Part shown: piece by piece, positions 1 through 9,568 of the stretch
How positions within the stretch are numbered: position 1 is the first letter of the stretch
How the letters are laid out: each line of letters starts with the position of its first letter
Assembly: GCA_043808805.1 (NCBI GenBank)
Contig: JAZDEN010000031.1
Coordinates: 1-44,512 of the forward strand
Direction of reading: 5' to 3'
DNA from: an archaeon
Lineage (GTDB): Archaea; Nanobdellota; Nanobdellia; SCGC-AAA011-G17; VGLX01
DNA length: 44,512 nt
The notes under the pieces: generated by a model
Told to the model about the DNA's origin: nothing
Seen by the model: only the letters and a program-made list of their open reading frames with translations
The model's database searches: none
Program-made: the position numbers and the translations under genes

Positions 1-1
1 A

Positions 2-82
2 AGACAATACATAAGATGGTGCAAGAGAAAATACAACTTCAAGACAATAAGCGATATGCTCACTCAAGAAGTGCCGTTATAA
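2..82 (+). CDS. 3' end of a gene entering from the left edge (partial), possibly a polysaccharide deacetylase-type C-terminus
   Basis: Frame 2 reads RQYIRWCKRKYNFKTISDMLTQEVPL* with TAA at 80-82. 'YNFKTISDML' resembles the 'YxFxTxxEL' tail of deacetylases. It overlaps the next gene tail-to-tail like every other convergent junction here. Confidence 0.4.
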   Translation, partial: RQYIRWCKRKYNFKTISDMLTQEVPL

Positions 83-1572
83 ACAAACTCATAGATAATT
101 AATATAGGCTGCTGCTTTGCCTCATCAGCATAATACGCCTGGACCGGAACAACCCTATCCTGATGACTCTCAGGCCACGCATAAGTCCATTGCGGCGAGG
201 GCTCAAGCCTTGAAAGAACCATGAACTTAGGCCTGTTCTCAGAAATGAACCCGTCAAAATCAGCCTCGTTCTCAGGATAGAAAGTAGTGTTCCTCTCAGA
301 ATAATAAGTGTTCTCAGGAACACCGCTGTTAAGAATCAAATCATTAGGACCAGACCTCTCCTTAATCCACAAGCCAGACTCCCTGAACTGGACATAGGAA
401 GAAGCCTTGAACTTCACAAGCTTATCACCATAAGAAATCTGGGCATAAGCAGTAAGGAAGAGAATCACAAGAACAAAAGCAATGGCAGCATACTTATTAG
501 ACTTCTTTATGAAATCATAACACTTGAAAAGAACCAGGCAAGCAACCATGAACATGGCAGGATAAACCATAAACAAATACCTGTCCTCTGCCTGGGAAAT
601 CAAGCTGAAGAAAATGAAAGGAATGACCATCCAGGCAATAAGGAAAGCATAAGACTTGAGAGAACTCTCCTTCTTAACCAAATCCCAGCCGAGGAAAAGA
701 TTGACAACCATATAAGCCAAGCCGGCGATGAACAAAAGCAAAAGAACCTGGAATATCCAGCTCGCGGTTATCGAAGGAATCATGCTCGCAAATATGGTTG
801 GCATGACATTAACATAAAAGGGAGTGAAGCCATGAGTACCAAAGCCATAAGAAGGGGTCGAGATGAAAGGAAGACCACCATAAGAGAGGTTGAAATAGAT
901 GAAATACGGAAGGATGCCTATGAAGAAGAACAGAACAGCCATCCACAAATTCTTATTCTTTAACATGGAAAAGCCCTCGTTGAGGAAAACATAAACAAGG
1001 AAAGGGGCTGCAAGAAGAACGAAAGGCATCTTGAGAGAGGCACCGAAGCCCATGACAACACCCATCAACCAGAAATAATACTTGGAACCATTCTTAACAT
1101 AACCCTCCCAGAAGAAATAAATCGCAAGAAGCCACAGAACAGTCATCATAATGTCGATGAGTATCCTAGCAACATAGAAAATGTTAAGATAGGAAACAGC
1201 GAGGATGAAAGCAGAAGCCAACGCAATCCTCTTATCAAAGATTTCTTTGCCGACAAGATAAGTAAGGTAGACAGCAAGGACAGAAAACATGAGCATGGAA
1301 AACCTTATGACAATCTCAGTAGCACCAAAAGAGTAAAGCAGGGCAACAAAAGCAGGAAAGAAAGGAGGCCTTATGTAACTCACATCAAAAGGAACGCCGA
1401 AAGCCCAGTGCTTAGCAATGGAAAGGTACTCTGCCTCGTCCCACCACAAAGCCTGATTAATGTTGAAATAACGCAGGGCAATTACAAAAGCCAAGCCAAG
1501 AATGCCAACAAGAATGAGATTATACCTATCGCTCAAAAACGATCTCTTCTCGTGAACAACCTCTTCAGACAT
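64..1572 (-). CDS. ArnT/PMT-like (GT39/GT83, GT-C fold) membrane glycosyltransferase
   Basis: WWDEAEY motif after TM1, RPP motif, many hydrophobic segments, RYL motif, soluble C-terminal domain. ATG at 1572 (MSEEV) is preceded by GGGGTG and a TATA box, so preferred over TTG at 1596. Confidence 0.88.
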   Translation of the reverse strand: MSEEVVHEKRSFLSDRYNLILVGILGLAFVIALRYFNINQALWWDEAEYLSIAKHWAFGVPFDVSYIRPPFFPAFVALLYSFGATEIVIRFSMLMFSVLAVYLTYLVGKEIFDKRIALASAFILAVSYLNIFYVARILIDIMMTVLWLLAIYFFWEGYVKNGSKYYFWLMGVVMGFGASLKMPFVLLAAPFLVYVFLNEGFSMLKNKNLWMAVLFFFIGILPYFIYFNLSYGGLPFISTPSYGFGTHGFTPFYVNVMPTIFASMIPSITASWIFQVLLLLFIAGLAYMVVNLFLGWDLVKKESSLKSYAFLIAWMVIPFIFFSLISQAEDRYLFMVYPAMFMVACLVLFKCYDFIKKSNKYAAIAFVLVILFLTAYAQISYGDKLVKFKASSYVQFRESGLWIKERSGPNDLILNSGVPENTYYSERNTTFYPENEADFDGFISENRPKFMVLSRLEPSPQWTYAWPESHQDRVVPVQAYYADEAKQQPILIIYEFVYNGTS

Positions 1573-1602
1573 AAAACACCCCAGATAAACTAACAAACAA
1601 GG

Positions 1603-1610
1603 TTATAAAA
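1603..1610 (-). promoter_or_regulatory. Archaeal TATA box (TTTTATAA) with upstream purine-rich BRE-like AAAAGG
   Basis: Minus strand reads AAAAGGTTTTTATAACC, about 31 nt upstream of ATG 1572. Confidence 0.6.
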
Positions 1611-1616
1611 ACCTTT

Positions 1617-2672
1617 TCAATACGTGCTGAAATCAACCTTCTCAGGGTAGTAAACACTCTTGTGGTTCTCCAACAACCACATGTCATGCTTGACCATCAT
1701 GCTGACAAGATCATTCAGCTTAACCTTAGGCTCCCAACCTAATACATTCTTAATCTTTGAATAATCTCCCCTCAACTGCTCAACCTCAGCGGGCCTGAAA
1801 AACTTCGGATCGACCTCAACAACAACCCTACCAGTTGACCTGTCAACACCTTTCTCACTAACACCCTCACCGACCCACTCAATCTCCTTACCAACCTCAT
1901 TGAACGCAAGCTCAACAAAATGCCTTATTGAATTGGTCTTATTGGTTGCAAGAATGTAAGTTTCAGGCTTGTCATGCTGCAGCATCATCCACATGCCCTG
2001 CACGTAGTCGCCAGCAAAACCCCAATCACGCTCTGCAGAGAGATTGCCTAGAGAGAACTTATCCTCCAGACCCTTGCTTATCTTAGCAACATTATGTGTT
2101 ATTTTTCTTGTCACAAACTCCAAACCACGCCTAGGAGACTCGTGGTTGAAAAGAATTCCTGAAACTCCAAAGATGTTGTAGCTTTCCCTGAAATTCACAG
2201 TAATATGATGGGCCAAGACCTTAGCACAACCATAAGGACTTCTTGGATAGAACCTAGTCTCCTCCCTCTGCGGCACTTCCTGAACCTTGCCAAACATCTC
2301 AGAAGAAGAGGCTTGGTAAAACTTTATAGACGGATCAACATGGCGTATCGCTTCCAACATCTTAACTGTACCTGATCCGGTAATTTCCACAGTAGTATCT
2401 GGAAAATCCCAAGAGTTAGGGACAAAAGACTGAGCACCTAAATGATAAACCTCATCAGGCTTGGCAGTTCTCAGAGCAGTAGCAAGAGAATTCTGATCTG
2501 TGAGGTCTCCATCAATCTTGTGAATATCATTCTTTATATGCTCCAACCTATCATCGTTGCGGACACTTGTCCTCCTAACCAAACCATAAACCTCATAACC
2601 CTTCTGCAATAAAAACTCTGCCAAATACGAGCCGTCTTGGCCCGTGATTCCAGTAACGAGAGCACGCTTCAT
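1617..2672 (-). CDS. gmd: GDP-mannose 4,6-dehydratase
   Basis: ALVTGITGQDGSYLAEFLL, YQASSSEMFG, PRSPYGCAK, GILFNHESPRRG, RDWG and RPAEVE signatures. ATG at 2672 follows a GGGGGT SD-like sequence. Confidence 0.96.
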   Translation of the reverse strand: MKRALVTGITGQDGSYLAEFLLQKGYEVYGLVRRTSVRNDDRLEHIKNDIHKIDGDLTDQNSLATALRTAKPDEVYHLGAQSFVPNSWDFPDTTVEITGSGTVKMLEAIRHVDPSIKFYQASSSEMFGKVQEVPQREETRFYPRSPYGCAKVLAHHITVNFRESYNIFGVSGILFNHESPRRGLEFVTRKITHNVAKISKGLEDKFSLGNLSAERDWGFAGDYVQGMWMMLQHDKPETYILATNKTNSIRHFVELAFNEVGKEIEWVGEGVSEKGVDRSTGRVVVEVDPKFFRPAEVEQLRGDYSKIKNVLGWEPKVKLNDLVSMMVKHDMWLLENHKSVYYPEKVDFSTY

Positions 2673-2674
2673 TT

Positions 2675-3892
2675 TCAAACCCCCTTAAAATCCTTCAACA
2701 CTTTCCAAAAAGCATCAACAATCATGTCCAAGTCAGGCTTGGGCTTAAGATACTGATGACAACCGATGTAAAAACCATTACTGCCGACGAAATCAGCATT
2801 AGGCAACTTACCCTCATACTGACTCTTAAGATGACGATAAGCAGGCTGCTGGGTCGGAATTGAACCAAACAAGGGCCTGGTCTCAATGCCTTTCTTTTCA
2901 AGGGCATTCCTCAACCTCGCAGGAGAGACATGGGAATCAGTGACAACAATTGGGTAAGCAAGATAACTAATGTCCTCTGAATGAACAGGAAGCTGCAAGA
3001 CATTGGAAAAGACCTCCAGATGATCATTAAGGTACTTCACATTCCTCTGCCTTATGTCCTTGTTATCAGCAAACTGCTTCAGCTGGACAATGCCAAGAGC
3101 ACCGGAAATCTCAGTAGTCTTAAAATTGTAACCCAAAACCTCATGAGTAAACCTAGGATCGTAAGGCTCATCAATCTTAGCACACAAAGTAGTCCTGTTG
3201 CAGGTAAAGCAATCACACACACGGCCATTGGCCTTGATCTTGCGAGCCATCTTGGCAATCTCCAAATCATCAGTGTTCAAAGCACCCATCTCACCAACCT
3301 GGATGTTGTGGGCGACGTAAAAGCTGAAAGCAGAAAGATCAGAAAGGGAACCCGTACGCTTGCCCTTTGTCCTCTTACCGTTGTAAACAGAACCGTGAGC
3401 CTGGGCGGAATCCTCAAAAACAAACAAGCCATGAGCATCAGCAATGTCCTTGATACCATCCATGTCACAGGGATAACCCATCAGATGGACAGGAAGAATA
3501 CCAACGTAATCCTCATTATGCTTCAAATCAGGAAGCGCATCAATGCTTTCAGGAGTTATTCCAAAAGTCTTCCTATCAACATCAACAAAAACAGGCTCAA
3601 AGCCTGCATGAACAATAGAGTTAACAGTAGCGATGTAAGTCAAGGGACTCGTAATAACCTTGCTGCCCATCTTATAATTGCGGGTATACTTAAGGGCTGT
3701 CAAGCCAGCAATAAGAGCAGAAGAACCTGAATTGAAAGCAACAGAGTAATTCGTGCCAACAAACTTGGCCCACTCATTCTCGAACTGCCTAACAAAACGG
3801 CCCTCTGAAAGCCTGTTCGAGTCAAGCACCTCATTAATGATTGCCCTCTCTTCTTTGCCAATCCTAAAGTCACCTACCTGAATTAATCCCAT
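2675..3892 (-). CDS. DegT/DnrJ/EryC1/StrS-family PLP enzyme, His-type (RfbH/E1- or ColD-like sugar 3-dehydratase)
   Basis: NSGSSAL, PVHLMG, EDSAQAHG, SFYVAHNIQVGEMG (His where aminotransferases have Lys), GYNFK, Cys-rich GRVCDCFTCNRTTLC. ATG at 3892 lies 26 nt below a CTTATAAA box. Confidence 0.88.
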   Translation of the reverse strand: MGLIQVGDFRIGKEERAIINEVLDSNRLSEGRFVRQFENEWAKFVGTNYSVAFNSGSSALIAGLTALKYTRNYKMGSKVITSPLTYIATVNSIVHAGFEPVFVDVDRKTFGITPESIDALPDLKHNEDYVGILPVHLMGYPCDMDGIKDIADAHGLFVFEDSAQAHGSVYNGKRTKGKRTGSLSDLSAFSFYVAHNIQVGEMGALNTDDLEIAKMARKIKANGRVCDCFTCNRTTLCAKIDEPYDPRFTHEVLGYNFKTTEISGALGIVQLKQFADNKDIRQRNVKYLNDHLEVFSNVLQLPVHSEDISYLAYPIVVTDSHVSPARLRNALEKKGIETRPLFGSIPTQQPAYRHLKSQYEGKLPNADFVGSNGFYIGCHQYLKPKPDLDMIVDAFWKVLKDFKGV

Positions 3893-3917
3893 GGATAACC
3901 CATAACATAGAGGGCGA

Positions 3918-3925
3918 TTTATAAG
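3918..3925 (-). promoter_or_regulatory. TATA box (CTTATAAA) for the DegT-gmd unit, leaderless spacing
   Basis: 26 nt upstream of ATG 3892. Confidence 0.55.
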
Positions 3926-4001
3926 CATTTATCTACAGCAAAATATATAAATAGAATTCATGAAAATAGCATAGTTTTGATATAAAACAAAAGGTGTAAA
4001 C

Positions 4002-4724
4002 TTGAAGGTATGCGTGATAATACCAACGTACAACGAAAGAGGCAACATAGAAAGACTAATACCGAAGCTGCAAGAAGTTTTTACAACAATAAAAGAATTT
4101 GACATGAACATACTAGTCGTAGACGACAACAGCCCAGACAAGACATACGAGGCAGTCGAAGAATTCTCAAAAAAACACAAAAACGTTTTTCTATTAAAAA
4201 GAGAGAAGAAGGAAGGACTTGGGGCTGCTTACCTAGCAGGATTCGACTATGCGATAAACAACATAAAAGCAGACGTCATAGTGCAGATGGATGCTGATTT
4301 TTCTCATAACCCAGAGGTAATGCCAAGACTGATAGGTTACATAAAAGACTATGATTTAGTAATAGGATCTAGGTACGTAGAAGGTGGGGGGGTAGTAAAC
4401 TGGAGCCTAACAAGAAAAGCGATAAGCAAAGGAGGAAACTTCTTCGCAAGGGTTGTCGCTGATTTGAAAGGCGTGAACGACTGCACATCGGGTTACAGGG
4501 CAATGAGAGTGGACCTAGTAAAAAAGATGAACAAACAGAACATAAACATATACGGCTACGCATTCCTCATGAGTTTGTTACATGAAGCAAAGAAAAACAA
4601 GGCAAGAATAAAAGAAACACCGATATGGTTCGTCGACAGGACAGAAGGAAGCTCAAAGATGGGAATAAAAGACATAGCACAATTCTTCCTCATGTGCTTC
4701 AGATTCAGAATTAAGAACCTATAA
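4002..4724 (+). CDS. Polyprenol-phosphate mannose synthase-like GT2 (DPM1-like)
   Basis: IIPTYNE, VVDDNSPD, GLGAAYLAG, MDADFSH, IGSRYV, DCTSGYRA, FVDRTEGSSK. TTG start with AAGGTG upstream. Confidence 0.92.
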   Translation: MKVCVIIPTYNERGNIERLIPKLQEVFTTIKEFDMNILVVDDNSPDKTYEAVEEFSKKHKNVFLLKREKKEGLGAAYLAGFDYAINNIKADVIVQMDADFSHNPEVMPRLIGYIKDYDLVIGSRYVEGGGVVNWSLTRKAISKGGNFFARVVADLKGVNDCTSGYRAMRVDLVKKMNKQNINIYGYAFLMSLLHEAKKNKARIKETPIWFVDRTEGSSKMGIKDIAQFFLMCFRFRIKNL

Positions 4725-5351
4725 CTTCCTTATAACAACAACGTTATGAATCAGAGCACCGCGCAAACTCCACTTGGAATCAACCAACCTGAAATTATTC
4801 CTCTCAACAACACTCGTAACCCATTTCTTTGACTTAACCAGGGAAGGCTCCTCAGGAAACATCCTGAAAACACCAAGAAACCTTATCATGAGAGCAACAG
4901 GACCATACTTCGGAGGCCAGAAAAGAACAGCCTTACTGTCCTTCTTCAGAACCCGGTTGAACTCCTTAAGGATAATATCAAGCTCACCTGGCTGGAAATG
5001 CTCCATCAAACCAACATTCCAAATCCCATCAAGAGAATTGTCCTTGAAAGGAAGGTTAAGGACATCAGCATTGACGCGATAATCAACAACAACGGGCTGA
5101 TTCTGGAAGATAATGTCAGAAATGTCCATGGCAACCAACTTACGATTATGCTTCGGAATCCTGATGCTCGTCTGAGAAGTACCTGAACCAGAATCAAGGA
5201 AAACACCCTCACGAGGAAAATGCCTGTTCAGCGAATGCGCAACATCATTAGCAATAACATTAGTACGGAAAAAAACAAAAACCCTATTCAAGAAAGACTT
5301 GTTCAGCGTGTTCCAGTGCGCATTCCAATTACTGCCATTATTTTTTATCAT
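4719..5351 (-). CDS. Class I SAM-dependent methyltransferase
   Basis: LDSGSGT motif I, 'ADVLNLPFKDNSLD', 'EFNRVLKK'. Start overlaps the end of the upstream radical SAM gene. Confidence 0.85.
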   Translation of the reverse strand: MIKNNGSNWNAHWNTLNKSFLNRVFVFFRTNVIANDVAHSLNRHFPREGVFLDSGSGTSQTSIRIPKHNRKLVAMDISDIIFQNQPVVVDYRVNADVLNLPFKDNSLDGIWNVGLMEHFQPGELDIILKEFNRVLKKDSKAVLFWPPKYGPVALMIRFLGVFRMFPEEPSLVKSKKWVTSVVERNNFRLVDSKWSLRGALIHNVVVIRKL

Positions 5352-6768
5352 TCTTCAACAAAAACTTCGTAAAAGCAAAGCCAGACTTGACAATCTTCCT
5401 CCTCAAAACAGGATCCTTCATCTTCTTGGTATAATTCCACACAATCCTCGGACGGAAATAGAACGAACGCCAGAGCCTCTTGTAATGCCTCTCAAGCTCC
5501 TCCCTGGTAAAACCATTCGGAAGGAAATTCTCGGTGTTAAACATGTTAACCTTCCTCCAGTCAGGATCGAAAGAACCATACTTAGGGGCCAGCTCCCAGG
5601 CGCTAGTACCAGGCAAGGGAGTAAAATAAGTCATGTGAAAATCAGTAAGGGGAACACGCTTGATGAAATCAAGAGTCTCAGCAATAGTCTCCTTGGTCTC
5701 ACCGAAATTACCCAACATGAACAAACCCTTAACATTGATGCCAACATCATTAGTCATCCTCACAGCACGCTCATTCTGCTCAACAGTAGTCCTCTTATTC
5801 AATATGTCAAGAATTTTTTGTGAGCCAGACTCGAGACCATAATTAACCTGCCAGCAACCGGCCTTCTTGGCAAGTTTCAAAGTCTCCTCATCAATCATGT
5901 CAACACGACCCATGCAAGACCAAGTAATGTCAATCTTCTCATCGATAATAGTCTTTGATATTTCCTTCATCCTATTCTTGAAAACAAGAAAATTATCATC
6001 CTCAATAAACAAATCCTTGATGCCATAATTATCCATCAGATACCTAATCATCTTAATTACGTAAGGGGCGGAATAAGCACGGCAAAGATTGCCAAAAACA
6101 CTCTTCTCACAGAAAACACACTGGCCAGGACAACCCCTCGATGTTATAAGAAGGGTTGCAGGAGAACGATAAAGGCTGTCAGCAGCAGGCTGATAGTACT
6201 TGACAAGATTAGGAAGCAAGTCCCAGGCAGGCAGAGGAAGCTCATCAAGATCCTTAATGTAAGGACGGCGCTCGGTCATCAAGACCTTCTTTCCCTTCTT
6301 GAAAATCAAACCCTTGACATTATCAACTTTCTTATCCTTATCGAGATGCTCCAACAACTCAACAATCGTATGCTCACCCTCACCATAAACACCAACATCA
6401 AAACAATCAAAACGGTCAAAGGTCTCAAGAGGAGCGGCATTGAGATGAGGACCTCCAAGAATAATCTTCACATCCTTATTCTCCTTCTTAACCTCATTCG
6501 CAATGTCAGCAGCATTAAAAATAGCCATAGTGGTCGAAGTAATACCCAGATAATCAGGACTTTCATCAAGAATACGCTTAACAGCCTCCTGCTTGTTCAA
6601 ACGCAGGGCAATGGAATCAAGAATAGAGGTATCATAACCCTTCTCACGGGTAATCGCAGCAAGTATGGAAATGCCCAACGGCGGAAGCTCACTGCCGCTG
6701 TCACCCAAATCATTATAGAGTTCGCTCAAAGACAACGTCGGATTCAAAAACATAACCTTCTTCTTCAT
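5338..6768 (-). CDS. Cobalamin-binding radical SAM protein (1 of 7)
   Basis: N-terminal PPLG, GGPH and GEGE (B12 domain), SRGCPGQCVFC, DDNF, GLESG, PLPGT. Confidence 0.93.
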   Translation of the reverse strand: MKKKVMFLNPTLSLSELYNDLGDSGSELPPLGISILAAITREKGYDTSILDSIALRLNKQEAVKRILDESPDYLGITSTTMAIFNAADIANEVKKENKDVKIILGGPHLNAAPLETFDRFDCFDVGVYGEGEHTIVELLEHLDKDKKVDNVKGLIFKKGKKVLMTERRPYIKDLDELPLPAWDLLPNLVKYYQPAADSLYRSPATLLITSRGCPGQCVFCEKSVFGNLCRAYSAPYVIKMIRYLMDNYGIKDLFIEDDNFLVFKNRMKEISKTIIDEKIDITWSCMGRVDMIDEETLKLAKKAGCWQVNYGLESGSQKILDILNKRTTVEQNERAVRMTNDVGINVKGLFMLGNFGETKETIAETLDFIKRVPLTDFHMTYFTPLPGTSAWELAPKYGSFDPDWRKVNMFNTENFLPNGFTREELERHYKRLWRSFYFRPRIVWNYTKKMKDPVLRRKIVKSGFAFTKFLLKNDKK

Positions 6769-8516
6769 TTCCTCTCCCTAAGATCCTTCAAATCATAAAC
6801 ATAGTAAATGTCCATACCCTGTATTCGGATTATATCGTTGGGCTCGTACTTGGCCTTAAGCTCTAAGCCTTCCTCACCGAACAGATTCTGGTAAGGGCTC
6901 AGGAATAAATACCTTATGGTCTCATTGTTAGGATGATAATACTGGATTCTCTCTGACAGGCTGGGGTCACGGCCGACCTGCTGCTTGAACTGGGTGTCAA
7001 ACTGGAAATTAGTCATGTGCTGGGAGCGCTTTATGTAAAAATGGATAACCTCAGAAGGACCATAAAAAGTCTCACCAGGACCAAGCCTATCCTTCAAATA
7101 ATTGTAAACAACCTTGGAAGAAAAACTGCTTATATCAGAAGAAACAGCAGAGGTGCACTTAGACTTATCAGAAAGGCAGTGGGCACGGTTAACAGAAATG
7201 AAATAAGGAGAGCTTGAAAGCGCAATCGTGAAGGAAAAAACCACATAGACAATCATGAAAACAAAGAAGAAAGTCCTCGGAGGGATCTTGATTAACTTAG
7301 GGATGGAAATCCAGCGGTCAGAAAGCGACATCGCCATTAGGAAGATGAAAAATAAGAGGAAAGGAATGGCAAGCCTGTTAATCTCAAGAATCCTGAGGAA
7401 CAAAGAAACAACAATGCCAATAAGAGTGAAGTAAAGCAGGAAGTTGTCAAGCCTAGATTTATTTTTCCTGAATATGAGAGCGATAAGAAGAACAAAAGCA
7501 AATATGAAAAGGATAGTATCAATAATGTTAATGGTGAGGAAGAAGTTGTAGAAATAGGTGTAAAGACTTTTTATGCTGAAAGAGATGGCTGACATCTCAC
7601 TGTTGAACTGCTGATACATCATGTAGGTATCATAAACATTCTTAGGATTGAACCTGAAAGGAAGAAGAAAGAAGAAAAGGAAACCGATTACAGAGTAAAG
7701 GATTATCCTCCTGAACTGATTCAGCCTAGGCTCAGCACCTGAAAACTTCTCAGCCAACTTAAGATCAAGGGTGTTGAACAAGGATTCCAGGTAATGGGCA
7801 ACCTCACTCAAATACTTACTCAAGAATATGCCAATCCCGAACAGGACAAAAACAGCAGCAGTCTCCTTCGCAGCTTGGGCCAAACCGAAAGAGGAGAAGC
7901 TGAGAACAAAATACCACAACTCCCTCTTCGAAGCCTTCTCAGAGGTATAACCCTTCCACAAGAAAAGCAATGATAATGCAAGGAAAACCCAGAAAACAAT
8001 ATCAGTCCTAATCCAACGGCTGTAAAGCAATATTGGTGGATAGAAAGCAAAAAAAGCAGTAACAAAAGCAGCGCTATACTTATCAAGCATGACAAAAGCC
8101 AAGACAGCAACAAGGAATAAGAAGATTATCCCAAAGAAATACATTGGCATATGACAGAAACGCTCACCATTCGTCAAAGGCTCACCGATAAGCAAAGGAC
8201 GGTCAGGATAATACAAGGGCTTCGTATTAACAACCCTGGAAAAATCCTCACCAGAAAGCATGCAGCCAGCACCAATAAAATAATAACCAAGAGGAAAGTT
8301 GCCAACACTCAAGCCCGGATAATAAGGGGAATCATAAAAAAACATCAAACCAGCGGGAACGAAAGCAGAATCATCACTCCACAATCCCTCCTCATTATAA
8401 TGAGAGAACCTAAGGTAAACACCAAGAAGGAGAATCGCAAAAACAAGTATCAACAAGAGCTTATCCTTCCTCAACTCAGAAAAAATGACCTTCTTCTCAA
8501 CAACCCCTTCTTCCAT
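6765..8516 (-). CDS. ArnT/PMT-like GT-C membrane glycosyltransferase
   Basis: YLRF...LWSDD acidic motif after TM1, 'YSRWIRTD', 'AKET', about 12 hydrophobic segments, soluble C-terminus. Confidence 0.75.
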   Translation of the reverse strand: MEEGVVEKKVIFSELRKDKLLLILVFAILLLGVYLRFSHYNEEGLWSDDSAFVPAGLMFFYDSPYYPGLSVGNFPLGYYFIGAGCMLSGEDFSRVVNTKPLYYPDRPLLIGEPLTNGERFCHMPMYFFGIIFLFLVAVLAFVMLDKYSAAFVTAFFAFYPPILLYSRWIRTDIVFWVFLALSLLFLWKGYTSEKASKRELWYFVLSFSSFGLAQAAKETAAVFVLFGIGIFLSKYLSEVAHYLESLFNTLDLKLAEKFSGAEPRLNQFRRIILYSVIGFLFFFLLPFRFNPKNVYDTYMMYQQFNSEMSAISFSIKSLYTYFYNFFLTINIIDTILFIFAFVLLIALIFRKNKSRLDNFLLYFTLIGIVVSLFLRILEINRLAIPFLLFFIFLMAMSLSDRWISIPKLIKIPPRTFFFVFMIVYVVFSFTIALSSSPYFISVNRAHCLSDKSKCTSAVSSDISSFSSKVVYNYLKDRLGPGETFYGPSEVIHFYIKRSQHMTNFQFDTQFKQQVGRDPSLSERIQYYHPNNETIRYLFLSPYQNLFGEEGLELKAKYEPNDIIRIQGMDIYYVYDLKDLRERK

Positions 8517-8538
8517 GGAAAAAATTAATCAGGAAGGA

Positions 8539-8546
8539 TATATAAA
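8539..8546 (-). promoter_or_regulatory. TATA box (TTTATATA-like), leaderless spacing
   Basis: Minus strand reads TTTTTATATAT, about 23 nt upstream of ATG 8516. Confidence 0.6.
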
Positions 8547-8549
8547 AAT

Positions 8550-9518
8550 TTATGGTTTATAGCCTTTTATTGTCTTAATAAGCTCATCACGGGTTGTGGT
8601 AGCAGAACCAAGCTTCCTAACAACAATCCCGGCAGCATAGTTAGAAATCTGAGCCGCATCCTCAAGAGGGGCGCCAGAAGCCAGAGACAGAGCAAGAGCA
8701 GCAGCAACAGTATCACCAGCACCTGTAACATCATAAACACCAGTGGTTATGGCATTAAAATTATGCTCAAGACCGTGCTTCGTAAGAAGCTTCATACCTT
8801 GCTCACCCCTAGTCAGGAGAACATTGCAACCCAGCTCCTCCTTAAGCTTGTAACACAGATGGGAGAGGTCATTATGCTCAGGAACCATGGACTTGGCCTC
8901 AGCAACATTCGGAGTGATCAGTTCACAACCCCTGTATATCCTCTTATTCTGAGGCCTGGGATCTACGATAACAGGAATATTTCTGGAGTATGCAATATCA
9001 AAAAGAGCCTTCATCACATTCTCAGTAACAGCCCCCTTGGCATAATCAGATACTACAACAACGTCACACTTCAGAGCAGCCCTCTCAAGCCTGGAAATAA
9101 CAAGCTGCTCATAAACAGGATGCAAAAGACTAGAATCCTCCTCATCAAACCTCACAATCTGCTGCTTATGCGCGATAAGCCTGACCTTGCTCGTAGTGGG
9201 CTTATCCCTGCAGGTAACAAGATTGTCGGTAATAATCCCCTTCTTATCCAACTCCGAAAGAAGAAGCTTGGCATTATCATCACAGCCGACAACACCAACA
9301 AGATAAACACTACCACCAAGACTCTTAACGTTGGCAGCTGTGTTAGAAGCACCGCCAGGAGTGTAAAGCTTACGCTCGACGTTAACAACGAGAACAGGAG
9401 CCTCAGGAGAAATCCTTGTTGAATTACCCATGAGATAAGTATCTAGCATCACATCTCCCAAAACAAGAACCTTCTTACCACCAAAATTTTTTACAATGTC
9501 CACCAATTTTTGCTGCAT
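8550..9518 (-). CDS. rfaE1: D-glycero-beta-D-manno-heptose-7-phosphate kinase (RfaE/HldE domain I, stand-alone HldA-type)
   Basis: VLGDVMLD, RISPEAPVLV, GGASN, SDYAKG, TPNVAEA, TRGEQGM, DVTGAGDTV, AAGIVVRKLG. No adenylyltransferase domain. Confidence 0.92.
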   Translation of the reverse strand: MQQKLVDIVKNFGGKKVLVLGDVMLDTYLMGNSTRISPEAPVLVVNVERKLYTPGGASNTAANVKSLGGSVYLVGVVGCDDNAKLLLSELDKKGIITDNLVTCRDKPTTSKVRLIAHKQQIVRFDEEDSSLLHPVYEQLVISRLERAALKCDVVVVSDYAKGAVTENVMKALFDIAYSRNIPVIVDPRPQNKRIYRGCELITPNVAEAKSMVPEHNDLSHLCYKLKEELGCNVLLTRGEQGMKLLTKHGLEHNFNAITTGVYDVTGAGDTVAAALALSLASGAPLEDAAQISNYAAGIVVRKLGSATTTRDELIKTIKGYKP

Positions 9519-9568
9519 AGAGTAAAAAAAGCAAAAAACACAGTATAAAAGAATTGTTGTGATAAAAA

